Assembly (NCBI GenBank): GCA_964415355.1
Contig: CAYPYS010000001.1
Location: 1,361-65,360, forward strand
DNA length: 64,000 nt
DNA from: an uncultured Planctomycetia bacterium
GTDB taxonomy: Bacteria > Omnitrophota > Gorgyraeia > Gorgyraeales > Gorgyraeaceae
Direction: 5' to 3'
The translations under genes were made by a program, and so were the position numbers. Below are positions 19,068 through 27,002 of this stretch, in pieces (position 1 is the stretch's first letter; each line of letters opens with the position of its first letter). The notes beneath the pieces were generated by a model, which was not told the origin of the DNA, ran no database searches, and saw only the letters and a program-made list of their open reading frames with translations.

Positions 19068-19489
19068 TTCTTTCCTGTAAGCTTTCCTATTAATTTAACA
19101 ATACCTGCTATCATCGCCTCTGGCTTAGGCGGACATCCTGGAATATAGATATCTACCGGAAGCACTGAATCAACGGGATATGGCGTATTTGGCCCGTTCG
19201 CAAAAATCCCCTGACCGCAAGAGCATGCGCCGATTGCGATCACCACGCATGGCTTTGGGGCCTGCTCATAAACAGCCTTTACTCTCGGTATTGTCTTCAG
19301 ATTCAGGGCACCTGTCACAAGTATGGCGTCAGCATGCTTCACGCTCCCCACAAGCATTATGCCGAATCTTTCGACGTCGAAGCGCGGAGTCAAAAGATCC
19401 AGTATCTCTATGTCGCAATTATTGCAGCTGCCTGTCGAAAGGTGATACACCCAGATCGATTTTGTTAATGCCTTTAGCTTTAAACTCAT
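19064..19489 (-). CDS. [NiFe] hydrogenase small subunit, NuoB-like (MbhJ/EchC-like)
   Basis: CNNCDIE...GACSCGQGIF...GCPP gives the proximal 4Fe-4S ligands. Confidence 0.85.
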   Translation of the reverse strand: MSLKLKALTKSIWVYHLSTGSCNNCDIEILDLLTPRFDVERFGIMLVGSVKHADAILVTGALNLKTIPRVKAVYEQAPKPCVVIAIGACSCGQGIFANGPNTPYPVDSVLPVDIYIPGCPPKPEAMIAGIVKLIGKLTGKK

Positions 19490-19512
19490 GCTCTTCTTTA
19501 GTTCAACTGCTC

Positions 19513-19550
19513 CTAAGTTTACACTTTAACGTTGTTGAAATGTAAAGTTA
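19513..19550. repeat. 39-bp repeat, copy 11 (B)
   Basis: It lies between the NuoH-like and NuoB-like genes. Confidence 0.9.
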
Positions 19551-20453
19551 CATCCCCATCGTAGCCAGTATAACTGCGATTATAGCTATAGCTGTCATCT
19601 TTCTCCAGAAAAATCTCACTGCCTGATCTATCCTCACGCGAGGATTCGTGTTCCTGATTAAAGTTATCAGCACCAGTAACACAACGTACTTCCATATGCT
19701 AAAACCACCCCACAGTATCGTGATCAAAAATACTGGCAACGCGACCAGCATCATTGTCTTTGTAAGTTTTAATATTGCAAGCAATATCCCCGAGTATTCT
19801 ATCTGTATTCCTCCCATTATCTCTGTCTCTGCTTCTGCCATATCAAAAGGCACAAGGCCTAGTTTTGCCTGCATGCAGAATATCGCTACCAATAGCGCCA
19901 GGATCCCGGAAAAACTTGCGACAAAAGACCCGTTTGCTGCCTGATAGGCGATAAGTTGCTCAAACCTCAGAAATCCGCCACTCTTAATGATCGGGATAGT
20001 AAATATTATAATAAACGGCAATTCATAAGCCAGGAGAAGCTTGATCTCTCTCGATATGCCCACGGATGCAAGCGGATTGCCGCTGGAAGACGCGCCTATT
20101 ATCAGGGCGATCGCCGGCAAGGTCAATAGATATAAGACGACTATCATGTCACCCGTAAAACCATTGCTCCCTATATTTAGATTGGGCAGCCATATAAAGG
20201 TAGAGGCCAATATGACCGCGCTGAGTCCGACTAAAGGCGAAAGCATAAATGTAAGCTTTGAGGCACCGCGCGGCACAGTGATCTCTTTTATACTCAGTTT
20301 CACCAGGTCAATAAACGGCTGATACCATGGCGGGCCCACTCTCCACTGGACGCGCGCTGTGACCTTGCGGTCGATCCAGCTCGCCACCAGGCCAATGGCC
20401 GCCGTAAAAATAAAACCTGGGAATATCAGGAAATTAAATAAATTTTTTACCAT
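19548..20453 (-). CDS. NuoH-like membrane subunit (MbhM/HycD/EchB-like)
   Basis: WIDRKVTARVQWRVGPP is the NuoH signature. Confidence 0.8.
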   Translation of the reverse strand: MVKNLFNFLIFPGFIFTAAIGLVASWIDRKVTARVQWRVGPPWYQPFIDLVKLSIKEITVPRGASKLTFMLSPLVGLSAVILASTFIWLPNLNIGSNGFTGDMIVVLYLLTLPAIALIIGASSSGNPLASVGISREIKLLLAYELPFIIIFTIPIIKSGGFLRFEQLIAYQAANGSFVASFSGILALLVAIFCMQAKLGLVPFDMAEAETEIMGGIQIEYSGILLAILKLTKTMMLVALPVFLITILWGGFSIWKYVVLLVLITLIRNTNPRVRIDQAVRFFWRKMTAIAIIAVILATMGM

Positions 20454-20459
20454 AATCCT

Positions 20460-20942
20460 CTACGGGTGGTACTTTTTCCACTGTTTCGCGTGAACCGCGA
20501 TCCTGTCACTTACCAGATGTATGTCGTCTTTTTCCGATTCCTTTACCTCTATATACTTTGCCGCGCCTTCAATGGAGCAGGTCCTTGTGCAGAGCGGTGC
20601 TTCTTTGTCAGCCCTGTCTATGCATGCGTCGCATTGCGAAATAATATAAGGCACTGTCTCGATAGGGATCACTCCAAACGGACACGCGTGACTGCAAGAC
20701 TTACAGGATATACAGCGCATAGTGTAGCGCTTTACCACGCCGTCCTCTTGTTTCTCGAGTGCATCTTTCGGGCAAGCGTTAACGCACGGCGCATCCTCGC
20801 ACCTCCTGCATATATGCAAAAATTGCGCGATCTCTCTCAGGCGAGTCACGCCGTCATTTTCAGGGTGGTAGTAGTAGCTGCACTCGGCCGTAGGCCGCTC
20901 GCAACTATACAATTTCTCAACATCTATCAGCAATTTCTTCAT
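20460..20942 (-). CDS. 4Fe-4S dicluster ferredoxin-type electron-transfer subunit (HycB/CooF-like)
   Basis: Several Cys clusters are present (CRRCEDAPCVNACP, CISCKSCSHACP). The start is moved past the repeat-derived MLKCKVRRGE extension. Confidence 0.65.
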   Translation of the reverse strand: MKKLLIDVEKLYSCERPTAECSYYYHPENDGVTRLREIAQFLHICRRCEDAPCVNACPKDALEKQEDGVVKRYTMRCISCKSCSHACPFGVIPIETVPYIISQCDACIDRADKEAPLCTRTCSIEGAAKYIEVKESEKDDIHLVSDRIAVHAKQWKKYHP

Positions 20943-20952
20943 CTCACCCCTC

Positions 20953-20991
20953 CTAACTTTACATTTCAACAACGTTAAAATGTAAAGTTAA
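20953..20991. repeat. 39-bp repeat, copy 12 (A)
   Basis: It lies between the AsrB-like gene and the ferredoxin gene. Confidence 0.9.
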
Positions 20992-21000
20992 GCTCCTGCA

Positions 21001-21825
21001 CTAATCCCAAATCTCATGGATATTGCTTATCTTGTCATAACTAAACACGGGCCCGTCTTTGCACACATAATAATCCCCAAGCCTGCAATGCCCACATTTA
21101 CCAAACCCGCAGCTCATGTTTTTTTCCATTGACAGATATATCTGTTTCTCTTTATAGCCTATATCGATCAACTTGAATGTCGCAAACTTCATCATTATAG
21201 GCGGACCGCACACCACTGCGACGCTATTCTTCAGATTGATTTTCAATTTATCCAAAGTAGTCGTTACAAGTCCTACCTTACCCTTCCACGCATCATCCTT
21301 CTTATCGACTGTGACCCTGAAATCAACCCTCTTGTCTATTTTCTGCCATTTATCTAATACATTATCTTTGTAGATCATATCAGACGGCGTCCTGGCTCCG
21401 CAGCAAAAGGTTATACCTTTATATTTATTCAGGTCGTGGACCAACGCCAGGAATAAGGCTCGAAGCGGTGCCAACCCCACGCCTCCTCCTACAAGCAGGA
21501 TCTCCTTGCCCTCAAATTCATTAAGAGGATACTCAACTCCATACGGACCTCTCAGCCCCACTGTATCGCCTTTTTTCAAATCATGTATCTTAGAAGTCAC
21601 TCTCCCGACATTCATGACAGTAACTTCCAGTTTGCTCTTTTGATGAGGCGATGATGAAGGAGTAAACGGCGCTTCGCCCAAGCCGGGGATAGTCATCTCG
21701 ATAAACTGGCCTGCCTTAAAGTGTAAAGGTTTCTCGGTCTTGAACGATAAAGTCTTGATAGTAGGGCTTTCCTTTACAACGTCCACTACTTCGCTCTTTA
21801 TAGGTATATAAGGGTTTTCTATCAT
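21001..21825 (-). CDS. FAD/NAD(P)-binding oxidoreductase subunit with C-terminal [2Fe-2S] (AsrB / sulfhydrogenase gamma / PyrK-like)
   Basis: A ferredoxin-reductase fold is followed by CGFGKCGHCRLG. Confidence 0.7.
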   Translation of the reverse strand: MIENPYIPIKSEVVDVVKESPTIKTLSFKTEKPLHFKAGQFIEMTIPGLGEAPFTPSSSPHQKSKLEVTVMNVGRVTSKIHDLKKGDTVGLRGPYGVEYPLNEFEGKEILLVGGGVGLAPLRALFLALVHDLNKYKGITFCCGARTPSDMIYKDNVLDKWQKIDKRVDFRVTVDKKDDAWKGKVGLVTTTLDKLKINLKNSVAVVCGPPIMMKFATFKLIDIGYKEKQIYLSMEKNMSCGFGKCGHCRLGDYYVCKDGPVFSYDKISNIHEIWD

Positions 21826-22841
21826 AGCTTACTCAGAACTTCTTGAATTTTTATTTTACCAGGACACGCATCCGAACACCTGCCGCAACCAGTGCAGCCA
21901 AATCTTCCGATAAAGTTAGGAAAAAAATTAAATTTCTTATCAAATCGGTTCCTAAGGCGCTGCGCTAACAATTTTCTTGGATTTGCGTTCCCCGCGACCC
22001 TTGCAAAGGACATCAGGAGACAGGAGTCCCATAATCTCAGCCTCTCAAAGGCCTCTTCCGTCGGCTGGTCTTTTAAAATAAAACAATGGCATGCCGGACA
22101 GATCACGTTGCAGGCACCACACTCAACGCAGGTCTTGGAAGTCTCTTCCCAGAGGTTCGAATCAAAGCTTTTCTTAAAACGATTCTGGATAGACTCTTTG
22201 GCCGGTATCTTTTTTTTGTGCACATGTTCTATCAATGCCTCTTTCAGCTTCCTTCTCGCCTCTTCTTTTCTTTCTATATAAAGATCCGCTGTCTGGAACA
22301 GCTTGGCGTAATCTCTTATTATTTTTTCCCCTTTTTCAGAACCCACCTCTGCCACATAGCCGCTTCCCATCTCTGACAGGTTCATGTCAAAATCTTCGGT
22401 GGGATACGGCATTATGCCCAGGCCAACACAAAAACAACTGTCGCCGAAAGACCCGCAGTCACTGGAAATCACAAGGCCTTCTTCTCTCTGAGCGATATAA
22501 AACGGGTCCTTAAAAGATTCCTGCTTAAACACATAGTCCATCACTTTCAACGAAGCCAGGTCACATGACTTCGCGCCGATTATAGCTACAGGCCTGGATC
22601 TTTTCCCAGATATTTTTTCAGTAAAGTAATCGCCTACTTTTGCTCGGGCAGGAAAATAAAAACTTTTTATGCTCTGGACAGAACGAAATTCGCCGATGAT
22701 AGCATCCCCAAGCCCTTCGTCGCCCATCTTTTTATAATGTCTATGCTCGCCTGATTTTACAGGTAAGTAGACTCTATATGCCTTGGAAAGGGATCTGACT
22801 AATCTATCGAGGTTGGGTCTGTTTATGAAATACTTGTCCAA
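21822..22841 (-). CDS. 4Fe-4S subunit (AsrA / sulfhydrogenase beta-like)
   Basis: CVECGACNVICPACHC and CTGCGRCSDACP motifs are present. The gene overlaps the AsrB-like gene. The start is TTG with AAGG 9 nt upstream. Confidence 0.65.
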   Translation of the reverse strand: MDKYFINRPNLDRLVRSLSKAYRVYLPVKSGEHRHYKKMGDEGLGDAIIGEFRSVQSIKSFYFPARAKVGDYFTEKISGKRSRPVAIIGAKSCDLASLKVMDYVFKQESFKDPFYIAQREEGLVISSDCGSFGDSCFCVGLGIMPYPTEDFDMNLSEMGSGYVAEVGSEKGEKIIRDYAKLFQTADLYIERKEEARRKLKEALIEHVHKKKIPAKESIQNRFKKSFDSNLWEETSKTCVECGACNVICPACHCFILKDQPTEEAFERLRLWDSCLLMSFARVAGNANPRKLLAQRLRNRFDKKFNFFPNFIGRFGCTGCGRCSDACPGKIKIQEVLSKL

Positions 22842-22865
22842 GAAAAACCTTTTAGCAGTGTGAAT

Positions 22866-22883
22866 TTGTGAAAATTATCACAA
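22866..22883. promoter_or_regulatory. perfect CRP/FNR-family type palindrome TTGTGA-N6-TCACAA, 25-42 nt upstream of the first gene of the hydrogenase operon
   Basis: TTGTGAaaattaTCACAA is read directly from the sequence. It matches the CRP consensus half-sites TGTGA/TCACA with a 6-bp spacer. Confidence 0.5.
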
Positions 22884-22961
22884 GATTTTGAAAATAAAAA
22901 AAACGAATTAGCCTAAATTATAAAGTCAAAGCTTCTGACTGTCAAGAAAAAAATAACTTTA

Positions 22962-23026
22962 TGTCATTCCCGCGAAAGCGGGAATCCATAATTTCTCTAG
23001 ATTCCCGTTTGCACGGGAATGACAAT
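22962..23026 (-). terminator. two GC hairpins (GTCATTCCCGCGAAAGCGGGAAT and its inverted variant) followed on the minus strand by a U-rich tract; putative terminator after the ferredoxin gene
   Basis: The stems ATTCCCGC/GCGGGAAT and ATTCCCG/CGGGAAT are read directly. GTTATTTTTTTC follows on the transcribed strand about 9 nt after the second stem. Confidence 0.4.
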
Positions 23027-23033
23027 AAATGCT

Positions 23034-23441
23034 TTAAAAATGCAGCTCCATTGCGCGAGGCGGACATGCCTTTATACATAATTCACAGGCTATGCATTCG
23101 GCATTATAAAAATTGACCTTGCGCGTCACTGGATCGATTACAAGCGCGTTCGTCGGACATATCGGAACGCATGCGCCGCAATGCGTGCATTTTTCCTCAT
23201 TCCTCTTTATATCCTTGGAAAGCGGCTGCACTGTCACGCCCAGAGATTTTACAAAATTTATGGCCTTGTCAAAATTTTTCTCTGCGCCAGTCACCTCGAG
23301 GACAAGAAGCCCCTCTTCTTTTGGCGTAACATGTGCCTTTAATATATTAAACTGCAGATCATGATCCTTTACCATCCGGTAAATAATAGGCTGATCCACA
23401 AGTCTATGCGGAAACTTAAATACGATCCTCTTTGAAACCAT
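23034..23441 (-). CDS. 2x[4Fe-4S] ferredoxin with N-terminal NIL-like domain
   Basis: CTHCGACVPICP and CIACELCIKACP motifs are present. Confidence 0.6.
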   Translation of the reverse strand: MVSKRIVFKFPHRLVDQPIIYRMVKDHDLQFNILKAHVTPKEEGLLVLEVTGAEKNFDKAINFVKSLGVTVQPLSKDIKRNEEKCTHCGACVPICPTNALVIDPVTRKVNFYNAECIACELCIKACPPRAMELHF

Positions 23442-23455
23442 GCTCCCCTCCCTCT

Positions 23456-23494
23456 CTAACTTTACATTTCAACAACGTTAAAGTGTAAAGTTAG
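23456..23494. repeat. 39-bp repeat, copy 13 (A)
   Basis: It lies between the UPF0280-like gene and the ferredoxin-NIL gene. Confidence 0.9.
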
Positions 23495-24222
23495 GCGAGC
23501 TCGATATCTCCCAATACGCCAAGATCCTTACCGTAGATTATCAATGCGCCCCGTACACCTTTAATAGAAATAGCGAACGCGAGCGCATCTCGAATATCTT
23601 GTTTTTTCTTTACTTTATTGCAAGCAGCGGTCGCTACCGCGTCTGCTAAAGATGTTGATTTAGCTATTATAACACAGGCATCTGCTTTTCCAAAGCTCAA
23701 AGAATGCCCGACCGTGCCGGACGAAGTGCATATACCTAGAGGCGTTTGTTTCGCTTTTATCTTTATAAAAACCTTGTTTGAGAGCGGCGAATCGCCCGCA
23801 AATACTGAAACAGTACGCATTGCGTCTGACTTTATAAATATATCGCCGCCATTCTCTACTATAATCTGTTTTGAGCTAGATAAAAGTTGTTTCCCTGCGT
23901 ATTCCGCAATAGCCCCGGCCACGCTTGCCATCGGACCTACTCCTGCCAAATCAGAAGACCGCATCATCTCCTTTATAATATCTGGCGCAGATGGATCCAG
24001 CTCTAACGGCTTAAGGCTCGTTTCGAATTCAGGATGTCTTTTTATGTAAGACTCTATCTCGTTTCTGTATTTTTTTACTATTTCCTGGGCGATTTCCCGT
24101 ATTTCATTTTCCGCGTATACAAGAATATCGGTCTCGCCTACCGTGATCTCCTGCGCAATGAGATCCTTGCCCTTGCTCCATCTCCTATAAAATCTCTCCT
24201 GATATCCCCTTTTTTTTGCCAT
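23491..24222 (-). CDS. UPF0280-like hypothetical protein
   Basis: I recognise no confident family. It lies between the ferredoxin and the hyp genes. Confidence 0.4.
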   Translation of the reverse strand: MAKKRGYQERFYRRWSKGKDLIAQEITVGETDILVYAENEIREIAQEIVKKYRNEIESYIKRHPEFETSLKPLELDPSAPDIIKEMMRSSDLAGVGPMASVAGAIAEYAGKQLLSSSKQIIVENGGDIFIKSDAMRTVSVFAGDSPLSNKVFIKIKAKQTPLGICTSSGTVGHSLSFGKADACVIIAKSTSLADAVATAACNKVKKKQDIRDALAFAISIKGVRGALIIYGKDLGVLGDIELA

Positions 24223-24233
24223 CTCAAATAACC

Positions 24234-24272
24234 CTAACTTTACATTTCAACAACGTTAAAGTGTAAAGTTAG
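24234..24272. repeat. 39-bp repeat, copy 14 (A)
   Basis: It lies between hypA and the UPF0280-like gene. Confidence 0.9.
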
Positions 24273-24610
24273 GCGATCTCGATTGAGTCAACGTAAATAC
24301 CTGAGCCAGAAATAATATCTGCGATCTTGCTATTGCAAACAGGGCACTCTAAGTCGCCCACGCAAAAGAACTCAGCCTGGCAGTTTTTACATTTAAACTT
24401 TGCCTTTATTTTTTTGAAATCCAATTCTACGGCGGCAAGAGGCGTGTCTTTTGTCCTCTCCCTGAAATGAAACTCAAAGTGACCCGGGCTAACATGCTCC
24501 AGCTCGCCTATTGCTATATTGATTTTTTTAAGCCTCGAGCCTGCTTTTGCTTCTTTTAATTTGGCATTGATCGTACAAATTATATCATCTACTAATCCTA
24601 TCTCGTGCAT
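24269..24610 (-). CDS. hypA: hydrogenase nickel-insertion protein HypA
   Basis: The MHE N-terminus and the CKNC...CPVC zinc site match HypA. Confidence 0.85.
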   Translation of the reverse strand: MHEIGLVDDIICTINAKLKEAKAGSRLKKINIAIGELEHVSPGHFEFHFRERTKDTPLAAVELDFKKIKAKFKCKNCQAEFFCVGDLECPVCNSKIADIISGSGIYVDSIEIA

Positions 24611-24623
24611 AACCGCTACCTCG

Positions 24624-25622
24624 CTAGCATATACGGGGGAACTGTTCGCCTCTTAACATGTCCAATATCCGTGTCCCGCCTATCTTGGTCTTTAAATAAA
24701 CTTTTTTGTCTTTTTGCTTCGTAACCTCTCCTATGACCTTGCTATTGCTCCCAAGCGCATGCCTCTTCAGCTTTGACAATATCTTCGAAGCAGATCTATC
24801 GGAAACAACAAGTACTACCTTGCCTTCGTTCGCCATATATAAAGGATCGAGCCCTAAAATCTCGCACAGCTCCCTTACTGACTCTTTTACAGGAAGCTGC
24901 GACTCCTCTATATATATATTGCGGCTGGACTCTATAGCCACCTCGTTTAGGGTAGTGGCGAGCCCTCCTCTTGTCGGGTCTCTCATAAATCTAACATCTG
25001 GACACAGAACAGAAGACACCAGGTCATTGACTGGCGCACAATCGCTAAAGATCCTTGATTCGAATTTCAGCTCTTCTCTCGCAAGAAGCACTGCTGCGCC
25101 ATGGTCGCCTATTGTACCGCTTACAATAATTTTATCGCCAGGCCTGATGCGATCGAGCGACAATCTAGATTCTTTAAGTATCTCGCCAAACCCGGATGTA
25201 TTTATGAAAATTTTATCCACTGCACCTTTTTCAACGACCTTAAAATCACCCGTAACTATATTCACGCCCACCTTCTTGCACGTGTTTTTCATAGACAATG
25301 TTATTTTCTCCAGGTCTTTATAATCAAACCCTTCTTCGACGATCATGCCACAGGATAGATACCTTGGCCTGGCACCGCATACAGACAAGTCATTCACAGT
25401 GCCGCACACAGCTAATTTTCCTATGTCGCCGCCTGGAAAAAATATCGGGTCAATGACAAAGGAATCAGTAGTATATGCGACTTTTCGGTTTCCGGTGTCT
25501 ATAAGCGCAGAATCTCCTAATTTATTTAAGTAAGAATTGTTCAGATTCTTCACGAATAAATCCTTTATCAGATCTTGCATCAGGCTTCCGCCGCTTCCAT
25601 GGGATAAAGTTATTTTTTTCAT
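24624..25622 (-). CDS. hypE: hydrogenase maturation protein HypE
   Basis: AIR-synthase-like fold with the C-terminal PRIC motif. Confidence 0.9.
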   Translation of the reverse strand: MKKITLSHGSGGSLMQDLIKDLFVKNLNNSYLNKLGDSALIDTGNRKVAYTTDSFVIDPIFFPGGDIGKLAVCGTVNDLSVCGARPRYLSCGMIVEEGFDYKDLEKITLSMKNTCKKVGVNIVTGDFKVVEKGAVDKIFINTSGFGEILKESRLSLDRIRPGDKIIVSGTIGDHGAAVLLAREELKFESRIFSDCAPVNDLVSSVLCPDVRFMRDPTRGGLATTLNEVAIESSRNIYIEESQLPVKESVRELCEILGLDPLYMANEGKVVLVVSDRSASKILSKLKRHALGSNSKVIGEVTKQKDKKVYLKTKIGGTRILDMLRGEQFPRIC

Positions 25623-26707
25623 CGTCTGTATTTAAAATACGCGGCGCACGTTCCTTCGCTAGAGACCATGCACGCGCCTACTGGTTGCTCAGGAGTGCAT
25701 TTTTTGCCAAATAACTTGCAATCAAATGGGACCTTTGCACCTTTAAGCACGCTGCCGCATATACAACCTACATCGGGCTTTGTTTTTATTCTTGCTAATG
25801 AAAATTCTTTTTCAGGGTCGAACATGGAATAATCTTTATTCAACTTCAGCCCGCTTTTTCCAATCTCGCCTATGCCGCGCCATTCTGTATCCTGAACAGA
25901 AAAAACCCTATCCATCAAGCGAAGCGCTTTTTCATTGCCTTTTCTCCTGACCACTCTTTTATACTGGTTCTCTACCTTTGCTCTCTTCGATTCGATCTGC
26001 TTTACAAGCATTAAAATACCCTGTAAAACATCAAGAGGTTCAAAACCAGCTATGACGCAAGGTATATTATATTTTTTGGCGATTGCTTCGTAAGGCGACA
26101 TACCTATAATAGTGCTTACATGCGCAGGACACAAGAATCCCTGTATGTTCACCTCGCGATCCTCCACCAAGGCCTTCATTGCGGGAGGTATTATTTTATG
26201 TCCGGCAAAGACAAAAAAGTTTTTGAGCTTTTTCTTTTTTGCATAGACCAATGTCACTGCCACAGTTGGAGTCGTGGTTTCAAAGCCTACCCCTAAAAAT
26301 ATTATTTTTTTATCAGTGTTTTTTTCGGCAATGTCGACAGCATCCAGCGGAGAATATACGACTTTGACAGATGCGCCTCTTGCCTTTTCCTCTATAAGAC
26401 TGGAATACGAACCGGGCACTCTCATCATATCCCCAAAAGTCGAGATTATTGTCTGCGGGAGCCCGGAAAATGCTATTGCCTTGTCTATGTAACTCTTCGG
26501 AGATACGCAGACAGGACAACCAGGTCCTGAAATAAGATTTATATTCTCGGGAAGCAGTTTACGAATACCAAACTTACAGATAGACATGGTATGCGTACCA
26601 CATACCTCCATCAGGTTTACAGCCTTTAGACCTTTGGCAGTGGCAAAAATAGCCTTTGATATCTTTTTGGCAATCCTATTATCACGAAACTCATCTATAT
26701 ATTTCAT
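25619..26707 (-). CDS. hypD: hydrogenase maturation protein HypD
   Basis: The CGTH and GPGCPVC motifs are present. Confidence 0.9.
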   Translation of the reverse strand: MKYIDEFRDNRIAKKISKAIFATAKGLKAVNLMEVCGTHTMSICKFGIRKLLPENINLISGPGCPVCVSPKSYIDKAIAFSGLPQTIISTFGDMMRVPGSYSSLIEEKARGASVKVVYSPLDAVDIAEKNTDKKIIFLGVGFETTTPTVAVTLVYAKKKKLKNFFVFAGHKIIPPAMKALVEDREVNIQGFLCPAHVSTIIGMSPYEAIAKKYNIPCVIAGFEPLDVLQGILMLVKQIESKRAKVENQYKRVVRRKGNEKALRLMDRVFSVQDTEWRGIGEIGKSGLKLNKDYSMFDPEKEFSLARIKTKPDVGCICGSVLKGAKVPFDCKLFGKKCTPEQPVGACMVSSEGTCAAYFKYRR

Positions 26708-26710
26708 ACG

Positions 26711-26917
26711 CTATAATTCCGAAAGCATGCGAAGAGTTTCTTCTGCTTTCTCTGGGTTAAGCTTTTCTATTGCAAAGCCAGCGTGCACCATTACATAATC
26801 CCCTATCTTTGGACTGGCCAAAAAATTTATCGCGACTCTGCGCTGCACGCTCCCAGCAGAAACAAGTGCCCTGTCCCCTTCTATTTTTAATATTTTCATC
26901 GGTATTGCCAGGCACAT
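26711..26917 (-). CDS. hypC: hydrogenase maturation protein HypC
   Basis: The protein starts MCLAIP. The track's upstream extension MTKEIY is discarded. Confidence 0.85.
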   Translation of the reverse strand: MCLAIPMKILKIEGDRALVSAGSVQRRVAINFLASPKIGDYVMVHAGFAIEKLNPEKAEETLRMLSEL

Positions 26918-26930
26918 ATATATTTCCTTT

Positions 26931-26953
26931 GTCATTCCCGCGGAAGCGGGAAT
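26931..26953. repeat. GC-hairpin repeat GTCATTCCCGCGGAAGCGGGAAT (copy 3 of 4)
   Basis: The stem TTCCCGC/GCGGGAA has a GRAA loop. It lies 13 nt upstream of the hypC start. Confidence 0.8.
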
Positions 26954-26964
26954 CTATATCTCGT

Positions 26965-27002
26965 TTAACTTTACATTTTAACGTTGTTGAAATGTAAAGT
27001 TA
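26965..27002. repeat. 39-bp repeat, copy 15 (B)
   Basis: It lies between hypF-C and hypC, next to GC hairpin copy 3. Confidence 0.9.
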
